Sequence record: NZ_CP015284.1
DNA: 64,000 nt
Origin: a plasmid
Strand: one strand, 5' to 3'
The notes beneath the pieces are model-generated. The model had not been told where the DNA came from. It saw nothing but the letters and a program-made list of their open reading frames with translations, and searched no databases. Shown here piece after piece: positions 32,009-42,700 of this stretch. The stretch's first letter is position 1, and every line of letters starts with the position of its first letter. The position numbers and the translations under genes are program-made.

Positions 32009-33730
32009 ATGAAAAAAAATAATTATTTAGATATAGCTTATTTAAAAAAGTATCTACCAAATAATTTTTATCTTTTCTTTTTGAGCTTACTAATACTAAC
32101 TGGTACGATTGTCTCTTTAAGTATTCCAATTTTTATTATGGGAATAATTAATAATATGAAAAATGGGATTCATATCAGTAGTATATTAGTTGTTATTTCA
32201 CTTTTCCTTATAGAATTATGCTTCACAGCAGTTTCGTATTATTTCATTAATAAAACATCGGAAAGGATTGTAGAGCAGATACGTAACGAAATATGGATGC
32301 ACATTTTAAAGTTGCCAGTCTCATATTTTGATAAAAATCGTTATGGGGCGGTTGTAACAAATATTATTCATGATACTGAAGAAATATTAGAATTTTTCAA
32401 CAGTCAAATAAGCTCTTTTTTTACAAATGTTATATCTATAATTGGCTCTATTGTAATTTTGTTCGTATTGGATTGGAAGTTAGCAATTTTATTAGGTGTG
32501 GCTGTTCCTATAGCTGTTCTGCTTACTAGTTATTTTGGTAATCAAGAATACACGATATCAATGAGATATAGAGAAAGTATTGCGCACTTACAGAATAATC
32601 TTACATCTACTCTTTCAAAAATTAGGTTAGTAAAATCGACGACTTCGGAAGAGACCGAGTTTCAGAAAGAGAGTGAATTATTTAATTCTTTATATAAGAC
32701 TGGTGTAGAAGAAGGAAAAATATTGGGTATTCTTTCACCAATTTCTTCTATGGTAGTTATGCTACTCTTAGTTGTAACCTTTGGTTACGGTACCTACCGG
32801 GTATCAAATGGAACCCTATCGAGTGGAGCATTAGTTGCAAGTATTGTATATTTATTTCAATTAGCTGATCCGTTTTCGCAAATTATTTCGTTTTTCACAA
32901 GCTATCAAAAATTTAGAGCCTCGGTCGTGAAGATAGGAGAATTACTTCAAGAACCGATTGAAGCTGATTTGGTTTTGGAGTTCAAACAGGCTAAATGTAC
33001 AGATAGAGATGGTTTATTATTTAAAAATATCGATTTCTCTTATACAAAAGAAGATGTCATATTTAATAACCTAGACTTTGAATTTCAATTGTACAAAACA
33101 ACGGCCATTATTGGTAGGAGTGGAGTTGGAAAAACAACAATATTTTCATTGATAGAAAGATTTTATGTACCAACTCAAGGTAGTATCTTATTCCGCAATA
33201 AAGATATTGCCAGTATTCCTTTAAAAACTTGGCGGTCTAAAATTGCTTATTTATCGCAGGATATTGATTTGTCATACGGGACACTTTTAGAAAATTTAAC
33301 TTACGGTATACACAATTATACGATGAACAAAGTAGATAACTTAGTTGAGGAATTTGGATTAAAATCATTTTTAGATAGTCTAGAAATGGGATATAATACT
33401 ATCATTGGCGAGAAGGGAGTAACAATTTCGGGTGGTCAAAAGCAGCGAATTGCCCTTATTAGGGCAATATTGAAAGATGCTGATATTTACTTACTTGATG
33501 AGCCAACCTCAGCACTTGATGCACATACAGAAAAACTTGTTCAAATCACCTTAGAAAGATATTTGAAAGGAAAGACTGTCCTAGTTATAGCACATAGATT
33601 GAAAACAATTACCTCTGCAGATGAAATTGTTATTGTAAATAATAAGAAAATTGAATATCACGGTACTCACAATGAATTATTAAATTCTTGTCACTTGTAT
33701 AATCAGTTACTGGAGGATAGTGTACTATAA
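32009..33730 (+). CDS. ABC transporter, fused permease/ATPase, lanthipeptide exporter candidate (no C39 peptidase domain)
   Basis: Six N-terminal TM segments. Walker A GRSGVGKTT, signature ISGGQKQR, Walker B IYLLDEPTSALD. Confidence 0.8.
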   Translation: MKKNNYLDIAYLKKYLPNNFYLFFLSLLILTGTIVSLSIPIFIMGIINNMKNGIHISSILVVISLFLIELCFTAVSYYFINKTSERIVEQIRNEIWMHILKLPVSYFDKNRYGAVVTNIIHDTEEILEFFNSQISSFFTNVISIIGSIVILFVLDWKLAILLGVAVPIAVLLTSYFGNQEYTISMRYRESIAHLQNNLTSTLSKIRLVKSTTSEETEFQKESELFNSLYKTGVEEGKILGILSPISSMVVMLLLVVTFGYGTYRVSNGTLSSGALVASIVYLFQLADPFSQIISFFTSYQKFRASVVKIGELLQEPIEADLVLEFKQAKCTDRDGLLFKNIDFSYTKEDVIFNNLDFEFQLYKTTAIIGRSGVGKTTIFSLIERFYVPTQGSILFRNKDIASIPLKTWRSKIAYLSQDIDLSYGTLLENLTYGIHNYTMNKVDNLVEEFGLKSFLDSLEMGYNTIIGEKGVTISGGQKQRIALIRAILKDADIYLLDEPTSALDAHTEKLVQITLERYLKGKTVLVIAHRLKTITSADEIVIVNNKKIEYHGTHNELLNSCHLYNQLLEDSVL

Positions 33731-34544
33731 GAGAAAGGAATATATATATTTACTATTATGAACCATATAGTTCATTTAAAAGGATTTATTACTTTCTAAA
33801 TTGGAATTTATATAAGGAATGCTATAAAAAATATGAAATCATTTTGTGAGTTGAGTCTTATTTTTTCAGGCTAGGAAACACCCCAATAACGAGGCGCCAC
33901 AGAATTACCAAAGTCAGCTTGAGACTTGATTACGGATTTTCTCTTTATCCTAGAATAAATGTAAGCGTCCAATAATAAAGTATCTCCCCCTTACCTAAAC
34001 TCCCTACTAAACTATTACTATGGAGCATGTAACGACATTACAATAAATAAATCTGGGACAGGTCCATATCTTTTGCGGAAAAACAGGCTTAAGAAAAGGA
34101 ATTGACTCCCTGGTTTTTTTGGTGAAATCACAATACGATTTAGTCCCATTTTCAAAATCTATCTTTATCTTTTGCAGTAGACGAAGTAATCGCTTCAAAG
34201 TACTTTACTGGGATGGTGAGGTGGGGTACTCTACAAGAGGTATGAAAATAGAAAACTACCCGGCTAAGAGATGTTAACGAAGTTCGAGTTCTTACGGAAG
34301 AGGAAGTGGACTGGCTCATGAAGAGGGCTATTCACCGCAAAAAAATAGTACAAGAAGTCGTGTTCTCTATTGAGTCATGGATTTTGAACCAGTATAATAG
34401 AAAAATCAGTGTAACGTGGCTCTTTTCTACCATTTGTCAAGTATAATACGGTTTCTGATTCAACATTATTTATGAAAGTGTATGAAGGGAATTTATTGAG
34501 GAATAGTTCAAGCCGTTTTTTCTGACATTTGAGCATATAAAAAC

Positions 34545-36055
34545 GACACCTTATCTGGTATTTTTTGAAACAAGGTGTTACAATAATACGGCATAGACAG
34601 CCTTATCGATTTTGGGTCAAAGAGTAATCGTAAAGTTTGTTATGCGTAATGAGGTAATACATTGTTCGAATGAGACGATGTATAGAGGCAATCGTATGTG
34701 GCTTAGTTGAAGCTATTGTCGATTGTCTTTTTCGTTTCTCATAGAAATCTGCGATATGGCAGGGATTGGTATGGCTAGCTGAAGCGATATTGTGAATACA
34801 TTTGTACAGAATTTTTTTGCATAAGGATTCCCACGCTTAGTAATATGCTCTTGACCTAGGAAATCTCCCGATTCATAGTGTTTGAGATCAATACCGATAA
34901 AAGCGTTGATTTGATTAGCAGACGTAAAGCGACGAATGTCTCCTAATTCACCAATAACGCTTGTAGCCGTTGTCTCTGCGATGCCAGGAATAGAGAGAAG
35001 AATCTCATATTCAGGTAGAGGTTTAGCTAACTCTATCAACTGTTCTAAAACTTGTTCCCGACGGTTTGTCAACCTTATAAGTTCCTGTGCATTATACTTA
35101 ACCTCTTCTATTATAGGAGAGGTTTTTGAAATGGCAGAATAAGATTGCTTTGCCAGTCCAACTAACTTCTCAGCCAAGTTATCTACTCTGTTCTCTGAAA
35201 TGCGTTTAGAGGTTGACTGGCGAATAGTCTCTTTCAACTCAACTTCCGATAATTCCAGCACCCAATGCTTTGTTGGGAAGATGGACACGAGATTCCAATA
35301 CTGCTCACCTGCAGGAGTAGATAGTAGAATCCCGATTTCTGGGAAGGCGACTTGAAGAACTTTGTGCAGCCTATTCTTCGTCCTTACGATATCCTCTGTC
35401 AGATTTTGGTAGAACCGGCTAAGATCATGCAAGTTTTGATAGACTTTTTCTTGAACATAAGTTGGCTTACGGTTTAAAACGAATTGTGACGAAGCTAGTT
35501 TCTCTGCGTCAATTTTATCGGTTTTCCGGACTCGTAAGCTATCAAGTTGCTTTTTAGCTTCCAAAGGATTAAGACGTGTATAGTCATAGCTGTTTTCTTC
35601 TAGAAAAGCCTGAAGTCGGCGAGAGTAGACACCAGTAGCTTCGGAAATAATTTCGGGGTTACTCACGGTCTTTAGGTCCTTCAGTAGACGAGAAAATCCG
35701 ATAATGTCATTAGACATAGTATAACCGTGAACCCTTTCACCATTCACAAAAATAGCAACTTCTGAGCTTGCTTTACTCACATCAATTCCAAATACTGTCC
35801 GCATTATGTTTACCTCTTTGTCTTGAACGATTCCTTATTTTAGTGATTTCATTTTCAATACTCGACGTCTAGCGTCCAACATACTTTGATAAAATTCCAT
35901 CTAAAACAGGTGTCTTGCCAGTTTTTTATACGGCGTCTAGCGCCAAAAGAAGCCACGACTTAACAAGACACCTCTACTTTAACACAAAGAAAAAGTAGTG
36001 AGTACTCACTCCCGTCGGAGATTTCTTCACTACTAATCTTAGTATGTTTTTTATA
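34545..36055 (-). mobile_element. IS110-family insertion sequence, copy 2 (same orientation as copy 1)
   Basis: Homologous to 24880-26400, flanks included. Confidence 0.6.
34713..35804 (-). CDS. IS110-family transposase, C-terminally frameshifted relative to copy 1
   Basis: MRTVFGIDVSKASSEVAI.... Diverges after ...GNPYAKK because of an indel near 34800. Confidence 0.6.
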   Translation of the reverse strand: MRTVFGIDVSKASSEVAIFVNGERVHGYTMSNDIIGFSRLLKDLKTVSNPEIISEATGVYSRRLQAFLEENSYDYTRLNPLEAKKQLDSLRVRKTDKIDAEKLASSQFVLNRKPTYVQEKVYQNLHDLSRFYQNLTEDIVRTKNRLHKVLQVAFPEIGILLSTPAGEQYWNLVSIFPTKHWVLELSEVELKETIRQSTSKRISENRVDNLAEKLVGLAKQSYSAISKTSPIIEEVKYNAQELIRLTNRREQVLEQLIELAKPLPEYEILLSIPGIAETTATSVIGELGDIRRFTSANQINAFIGIDLKHYESGDFLGQEHITKRGNPYAKKFCTNVFTISLQLAIPIPAISQISMRNEKDNRQ

Positions 36056-37390
36056 TTCAGAGTGATGAAAACACGCTTCCTAAAGTTAATAAAGTTTCTA
36101 AAACCGAATCCCAGACGTTTGATGTCTTTGATAAGCTTATTGGTGCCCTCCAATTTTGCATTTGAGTAATGTGTTTCTAGTGCGTTTTTGATGTATTGTT
36201 TGTGTCTAAGAAAGGTTCTAAAGACAGTTTGAAAGTAGTGATTGACCTTACTTATATTCTCCTCTATGAGTTCAAAAAACTCATCAATTCTTTTTTCTGA
36301 AAATAAAAAAGCAAAAACTTGTAGAGGTTATAGTCATTAGCGAGCTCTTTTGAAAAGTCCAATATCTTCACGGTGACTTCATTTGACTTAAAGTTTGACA
36401 AAAGGTCTTTGAGTGAAATGAGTTACAAGATAACTTACGGCTATCCTTTTGGAAGAGTCTCCAGTGATTTTTCAAGGCTCGGTAGGGTAGTGACTTCTTA
36501 TCAAACTGATTCATAATGGCAATTCTTGTCTTCAAAAAGGCTCGACCAAGGTGTTGGATGATGTGGAAACGATCAATAATGATTTCGGCATTTGGGAAAA
36601 GTCTACGAGCTAGTGGGATATAGGCTCCTGACATATCCATTGTAATAAACTGCACTTTTTGGCGAACCTTCAATGGATACTTCAAAAAGTGGTTTCGAAT
36701 AGTGGTTTGACGGCGATTATCAAGGATGGTTATGAGTTTGTTGGTCTCATAGTTTTGTGCCACAAAAGCGAGTTCACCTTTCTTGAACCCAAACTCATCC
36801 CAAGACATAACAGCTGGGAGCTTGTCATAATGCTCCTTGAAAGTAAACTAGTCAAGCTTACGATAGACAGTGGACGTTGATACACGAAGTCTTCTGGCAA
36901 TATCTGTTAGTGACACCTTTTCAGTAAGGAGCTGTGCAACTTTTTGCCGGACTAGATTGGAGATTTGGCAGTTTTTCTCAACGATTGATGTCTTAGCTAC
37001 CGTGACTCTCCTACAACTTTTACACTGGAAACGACGCTTTTTAAGACGTAATAGTGTAGGTGTTCCAGCTTGTTCAAGGAGAGAAATTTTAGAAGGCTTT
37101 TGAAAGTCATATGTGATCAACTTTCCTTGGCAGTGAGGACATGATGGTGCAGGGGAATCCAGTTTTGCATGAATTTCGATATGAGTATCAGTTTCAAAAA
37201 CAAGAGAAATAATGATGTTAGGGTCTTTAATTCCGATTAATTCTGTGGTATTCTTAATAAGTCTCATAAGTTCTTCCTAATGATGGTTTGGTTGCTTTTC
37301 ATTATAGTTCTTATGGGACTTTTTGTCTGCATTCAAAAAGCTCTATAATCTCTACAGTGGTTTTACCCACTACAGAAATTATAGAGCCTG
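36040..37390 (-). mobile_element. ISL3-family IS, disrupted copy
   Basis: Right end ...aaagctctataatctctacagtggttttacccactacagaaattatagagcc, identical to the end of the intact copy at 52526. Confidence 0.6.
36056..37270 (-). pseudogene. ISL3-family transposase with frameshifts
   Basis: ORFs 36848..37267 and 36368..36808 plus a further out-of-frame C-terminal region 36060-36370, all homologous to the transposase at 51147..52403. Confidence 0.7.
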
Positions 37391-37509
37391 TTACACCTTG
37401 TTATTGAATACTTACGAATAAATAGCCAATTTTTTAAAATTATTGACAAAAAAATATTATTGTCTTACAATAATATCGAAGAAAGAATTATTGTAAGGCA
37501 ATAATTGAG

Positions 37510-38040
37510 GTGTTTAACATGAAAAAAATATTAAAAATAACAAGTCATCTCTTGTCTCTAATGAGGTATCCTGTTTGGGGAATAAATTTCCTGTTATTTT
37601 TAGGAATAGTAGGAGTTTTATTTGGGGGACAGAGAAGTCATTGGATGTTTACATTTGACTATGGTGATTCCATTATTGATGTTCCAATAATTTTTCCATT
37701 AGTTATTCTTATATTGTTGATTATAATTTTTGTTTTTATTATCCAGTTATTAAAAATTTGGAGTAAGTTGTTATTTGGTTTCAGTAAGGGTCAATTTTTT
37801 AGTGGTGAGAATCTTAAAAAATTAAAAAGATCGATGATATTTCTAGTTTTGGTGACTGCTATTCAATTATTGATTAATCTAATATTCAACTATTTAAGTG
37901 TAGAAAATGTTAGTGAAGTATTTGATTTTTCGTTGAAAAATTACGTGGTACATACTGTATTCATATTATTTAACGCTATATTGATTATCGTATTGGAAAA
38001 AGGAAAAAATATTCAAAAAGAAAATGAGGACTTTATTTAA
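37510..38040 (+). CDS. DUF2975-like multi-pass membrane protein
   Basis: Four to five TM helices. Followed by a small XRE regulator, the YozG-type pairing. Confidence 0.45.
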   Translation: MFNMKKILKITSHLLSLMRYPVWGINFLLFLGIVGVLFGGQRSHWMFTFDYGDSIIDVPIIFPLVILILLIIIFVFIIQLLKIWSKLLFGFSKGQFFSGENLKKLKRSMIFLVLVTAIQLLINLIFNYLSVENVSEVFDFSLKNYVVHTVFILFNAILIIVLEKGKNIQKENEDFI

Positions 38041-38269
38041 TGTAATGGATAAGATACAAATAAATTTAGAAAAGTTAATTAAAGAAAAGAAACTTACATC
38101 TAAAGAAGTTGCAAAAAGAATAAATATCACAGAGGCAAATCTATCAATTTTGAAAACGGGAAAAGCAAAAGGCATACGTTTCACTACACTCTTACGAATA
38201 TGTAGAGCACTTGATTGTCAACCTGGTGATATTTTAGAGTATGTTAGGAGTGAAAACCATGAAGATTAA
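38024..38269 (+). CDS. small XRE-family HTH regulator (YozG-like)
   Basis: LTSKEVAKRINITEANLSILKTGKAKGIRFTTLLRICRAL. Confidence 0.6.
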   Translation: MRTLFNVMDKIQINLEKLIKEKKLTSKEVAKRINITEANLSILKTGKAKGIRFTTLLRICRALDCQPGDILEYVRSENHED

Positions 38270-38711
38270 AAAAGTAATATTATGTATGATCTTTACTCTT
38301 GCAAGCATTATGCTAGTTTCATGTAGTATAAATGAAACAGTAAAAGATGTTACACAAGAAATAGAACAACAAATATCCAAAGATGATACAGATAATTTAG
38401 GTATAACTTATATTACGGAACAAAAAGAAGGGGAGACTCTAAAAGCATCATTTACTGATTTTGATGGGGTTATTTATGTAATTAGTACTAAAGAGAATAT
38501 TGAGTCAATAAAGAATTCAGATTTTAGTTTGGATAATAAAAATTTCGAAGATGTTAAAACTGATTCCTACGATGATTTCAATATTCGTTATAAAAATAAA
38601 ACTTATTTTTCGGTTAAAAAACTTGATATAGAGTCAAATAATATTACTTCATTAAAATTTAATTCAGATTATTCAAAGAGTATTTTATTAGTTTATAGAA
38701 CAAAAAACTAG
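38259..38711 (+). CDS. lipoprotein
   Basis: MKIKKVILCMIFTLASIMLVSC lipobox (LVSC). Confidence 0.55.
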   Translation: MKIKKVILCMIFTLASIMLVSCSINETVKDVTQEIEQQISKDDTDNLGITYITEQKEGETLKASFTDFDGVIYVISTKENIESIKNSDFSLDNKNFEDVKTDSYDDFNIRYKNKTYFSVKKLDIESNNITSLKFNSDYSKSILLVYRTKN

Positions 38712-38734
38712 TTTGTAGTCATAACTAGGGGGGT

Positions 38735-39110
38735 AGTAGTACTATGGCGAATATTTCGCTTATAGTGCTTTTGTGTACGACGTCATGTCGTACATCTGTG
38801 GTGAAATTCCCACGGTTCACTTGTTACGGGCGAAACAAATAACCCAATAGAGACTCCTAAGTTTGACGATTGTGATCTTGAGGAGAGGGGAAGTGATAGC
38901 AAAATTGTGGCTCTACAAACAAAATCAGATATAGGTAGATGAGGAAATCTAAAGTGTTCTTGCCAAAGTTTAGTTGAGCAGTCGTATGCCGAACGACATG
39001 TACGGTGGTAGTAGAGGCGCTACAAGTTGGCCTCTACTCTATTTTAGTGATTTTAGTCCGTTTTATTCCGCAGGAGAAAAAAACACTAGGTGCTAGAGGT
39101 AATTGAAAAA
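38735..39110. other. GC-rich structured non-coding segment of unknown nature (possible ncRNA or degraded ribozyme/intron remnant)
   Basis: No ORF. Several strong hairpins (gtacgacgtcatgtcgtac, gtagaggcgctacaagttggcctctac). GC well above flanks. Confidence 0.25.
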
Positions 39111-39479
39111 GTCAGTCACAGCAAATATTATTCATATAATATTTGCTGTGAAGAAAAGTACAAACATAAAATCGAATGATAGACAATTTCTGAGTTTTAT
39201 AGGAAATATATCATTCGGTTTTTACTAACTGAAATGCTAATGCTTTTACAATTTTCAGTTGACTAGGCAAGTGCTGACTGGTTTATAGCCTTTTACAAGA
39301 TGCACGATTGATGGGTGGTTGTTATTTTTTTCTGGAAGAGACAGGAAAAATCAAAATCTTACTGATTTTCTCAAATTTTAACAATAAGAAATCATATGAT
39401 ATCAATTGACATCAATGTTTTTTAATAAAAGATTTAAAGCGATTTTGTTAATTATGTTAATATAGATTTTTGCCCCAAA

Positions 39480-39890
39480 ATATCATGGCCAAATTATTAA
39501 TGGACGATATAAAGCAAGTATCGGTCATAATAATTTGAGATTTGTGTGAACGAAAAGGTGTTATCATACATGAAGCTAATGCTTGTTCAGATTATATTCG
39601 CATATTAGTCAGTATATCATCCAAATTAAGTGTTTTAGGTTTTATGGGCTACTTAAAAGGTAAAAGTTGATTGATGATTTTTGGCAAATGTGTGAATTTT
39701 AAATACAAATAAGGGAACAGAAAATTTTGGTGTAGTGGTTACTTATTATGGTCGCAATCAAAAAGTGATTGCAGAATATATACAAAATCAATTGCAAGAT
39801 GACAGGGTAGCTGACCAACTGACCTTGCTTGAGACAGTTGATCCGTTTACAAGCGAAGCAAATAAAAAAGTAGGATAGTGGTGCGCAAGG
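39480..39890 (+). pseudogene. IS200/IS605-family TnpA (Y1 HUH) remnant with frameshifts/stops
   Basis: Three frames together read SKLSVLGFMGYLKGKS, NRKFWCSGY and IAEYIQNQLQDDRVADQL, matching conserved IS200 TnpA segments (MGYLKGKSS, REFWCRGYYV, IQDYIKHQLEEDK). Confidence 0.5.
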
Positions 39891-40123
39891 AAGCTACTTT
39901 GGGTGAGGTTGTGTCCTAGGTCGGTAAGAGTGACCTTTCTCGATATCTTTAGAATCTTGTCCATTTCTCAGAAACAGTCTTGGCTAAGAGATGTTTTTTG
40001 GGGTTATTTGGGCGTAATAGAACTTTTTTCAAAAATCATACCAAGGATAACTTTATAGACATGGGGTGCCGGTGCCTTATTGAGTGGGTGACAACCACCT
40101 TATCCTTTAGTAGAATGGGCCTC

Positions 40124-40231
40124 TTAACGCTCTTTGAAATAGCTGTAGGCGCTTATACTGCCCAATGTTTTTGAAAGTCGTTCTATATGGATATCCACTC
40201 TATCTGAAAGAGTTAAGTGTTTATATTTCAT
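40124..40231 (-). pseudogene. IS30-family transposase N-terminal remnant
   Basis: MKYKHLTLSDRVDIHIERLSKT... resembles MTYTHLITNELVMIEAY / MSYSHLTITDRIKIETY of the other IS30 copies. Confidence 0.35.
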
Positions 40232-40585
40232 AGCTTCTTCTCTAGCAGAAAAGCTTCAGACTTGATACCACCACAAAACACGATTCATGTTAACTTCCGA
40301 TTTTGAAGATAATGTGGAACTTAATATGAAAAATAACTCGATGAGGTAATTTTTTATTTTACTTTCCAAATTTAAAAAAGATATGATATAATATGTAAGA
40401 AGAAAGCGCTATCACTACCCTGAAATGAGGTGAAATTACTTTCCGATATGAAAATAATATTCAATAATTACAATATTCACTAACATATTGGGTATTCGAT
40501 TTTTCTAATTTATTAAGTGAAATTAATTCTTTTACAATAGATTTATACAGAGTCACTTATTCTTAAATAATGAAGGAGAACAGAA

Positions 40586-40705
40586 ATGAAAAATATCTTA
40601 TCTTTACAACAACTTAAAGTAAAAGAAAATACTAAATTGATGGCTAAATCATCAAAAAGTATGAATTGTAAAAATAGTAGCCATGCTAGCTGGTTTGTTT
40701 GCTAG
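40586..40705 (+). CDS. class III lanthipeptide precursor A1, second copy (I26M variant)
   Basis: Part of an about 250-bp duplication of 31560-31810. MKNILSLQQLKVKENTKLMAKSSKSMNCKNSSHASWFVC. Confidence 0.55.
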   Translation: MKNILSLQQLKVKENTKLMAKSSKSMNCKNSSHASWFVC

Positions 40706-40760
40706 TCTCTAAAATTAAATTACTTTTCATTTTTTATCTTAGTTTTATAGGAGGAATCAA

Positions 40761-40898
40761 ATGAAGAAAATACTATCTTTACAAACGTTGATTTCTACTG
40801 AAAAAGCAACGTTGTGCAATGCCTCCAATCTTAGTGTGACGTGTAAAAAACAAAGTTCAATTAGCTTGTTTTTATGTGTTAAAACTACGGATAAATAG
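40761..40898 (+). CDS. class III lanthipeptide precursor A3 (45 aa, distinct core)
   Basis: MKKILSLQTLISTEKATLCNASNLSVTCKKQSSISLFLCVKTTDK. Same RBS and leader start as A2. Motifs SNLSVTC and SSISLFLC. Confidence 0.45.
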   Translation: MKKILSLQTLISTEKATLCNASNLSVTCKKQSSISLFLCVKTTDK

Positions 40899-41039
40899 CT
40901 GATTGCAATAAGACTTTGATTTATTGTTTAAGGTTGATTTAAAACTTAACAACTATAAAAATTGTAAATTAATTTTTATAGTTGTTTTTTTGTATTACCT
41001 CTAACCTTCGTACTAAGCTATTGCCTTCCAAATAAGAAG

Positions 41040-41880
41040 TGATAAGTACAATAAGAGTCCTTCCATTACTTTGGAGTCTTGGAGTGGTTTATCAACATCC
41101 CTTGAGGAAGATGACTTTTTGGAAGACAAACGTCAAGTAACCCTTGTTCAACCTGGAGAAACAAGTGTTAAAGCGTTTGGTATTGATATTTCCCTATCTG
41201 AAGTGAAGGTTTTAAGAGCCTCTTTTGGAAATAGCTTACAAAGTTGTTCGATGGCTGAAAACATGGATTTGGCTGTTCTGTCTGGTATCTTGAAAGCTAG
41301 GTAAAAGTGCGTTTTTCGCTCTAGAAAGGTCGCTAAACAGCCCTTGCTTTTGCCTCTGGAAGACACCACAGTATCGCTCTCCCAGTGACCAAAGGTCTCA
41401 CGATTCCTGACCTCTTTAGGACGTTTGGCAATCGACGTACCAATCCTAAAGGTTCCACGTGTTTCTTTGGGTTGTCGAGTTTTTCCTTTACGACGAAGGA
41501 CGCTTAAATCCAGATCAATCAAACCAGCATAGAGCCAGTTATAGATAGTTTTAAAAGCTACCATTGCCTTTTGTTCAAGCTGATAGCGGCCACAAATCTG
41601 TTCCGGCGATCAGGAGGATTTTAAACCGTCCTCAATTTCCTTTTTCAACTTTGGTGTCAAACGAGACTTCCGACCTTTTTGCTTAGCCCTGTGGTCATAC
41701 TGTTCCTGTGCTAAGGCTGCGGAATAACCATTTTGGTATCGTCTTAACTCTCTTGAAATAGTAGACTTATGGACGCCAAGTTTATTTGTAATTTGGCAAG
41801 GTTTCAAACCTAATTCCAAGTAGGTTTCTATCTTTATTCGGTCGGTTATGGTAAGATGGGAGTAGCTCATAGTTTTTCCT
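41040..41880 (-). pseudogene. IS30-family transposase, frameshifted and 3'-truncated
   Basis: ORFs 41610..41870 (HTH N-term) and 41148..41564 (DDE start). Confidence 0.65.
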
Positions 41881-42264
41881 CGGGTTCTGTTTGTGTGGTT
41901 ACTTACAGTTTACACCAATGAAACGCTATGAGTTTTTTTGTTGCACTTGACTTGACAATTAGGGATTTTTCTTTAAATTCAATACGAAGTATAATAAGAA
42001 CAGTTCAAATATTTATGTAGCTATTTTAAGTGATGGAGGTAAAGAAATTAAAATCAATGAACTTGATTCAAGTGCTAAAGACGATAATTATGTTTATAAT
42101 TTCACTGGTAAAGCCGAATAGAACAGAAACTTTTTACTCTTATAATGCAAAAGAAGCCCTTAGAAGAAAAACTTCCGAGAGCTTCTTTTTTAGTCTGAGA
42201 TTAACCATAGGTTAGTCTTTTTATTGTTCATTGAGCAATAGTTATAATCGCAATAAAACCAATG

Positions 42265-42700
42265 CTACATAAATACAACCTTACCAAAGATGGTGAAGTC
42301 GTCCTTTTCAGAAAGGGTATTTGGTACCTTGCTAGAATTTAGTGAGTTTAGAAGAATGTCACCATTATCTCTATTTTGACTCACCTTCATTACGTGGTAC
42401 TGACACTTTAGCTGCACGATGCAGATATCGCCTGTTCGAAGGACGGAGTCTTTCATGACAAATATTACTTCATCATCGAAGAAACTAGGTTCCAAGGAAT
42501 CACCAACAACCTTAAACGCAATATCATGTACCGGAATAGGAACAGGATAGTCAAGGCAGTCAACTGGAACCTCTGATAGTTCAAATCCATGTGCGTTGGC
42601 TCTAGCATAAATACTGACTCTTTTGGTTGGTCGTTCATCTTGTCCAACTAGTTGTTTTCTATGGTCTTTTTCTCTGATTTCTTTAGAGATATGCTGATTA
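42265..42700 (-). pseudogene. truncated duplicate of the S24-peptidase domain of the cI-like repressor
   Basis: ...VDCLDYPVPIPVHDIAFKVVGDSLEPSFFDDEVIFVMKDS..., about 90 percent identical to the C-terminus of 45062..45856. No N-terminal HTH. Confidence 0.6.

Noticed and set aside
38735-39110. Group II intron 3' domain V/VI remnant
   Set aside because: Some resemblance (a CGTATGC...GTACGG-like stem, a terminal hairpin with a bulged A), but the match to the domain V consensus is poor and no IEP ORF or 5' GUGYG end is present. Kept only as an unassigned structured segment.
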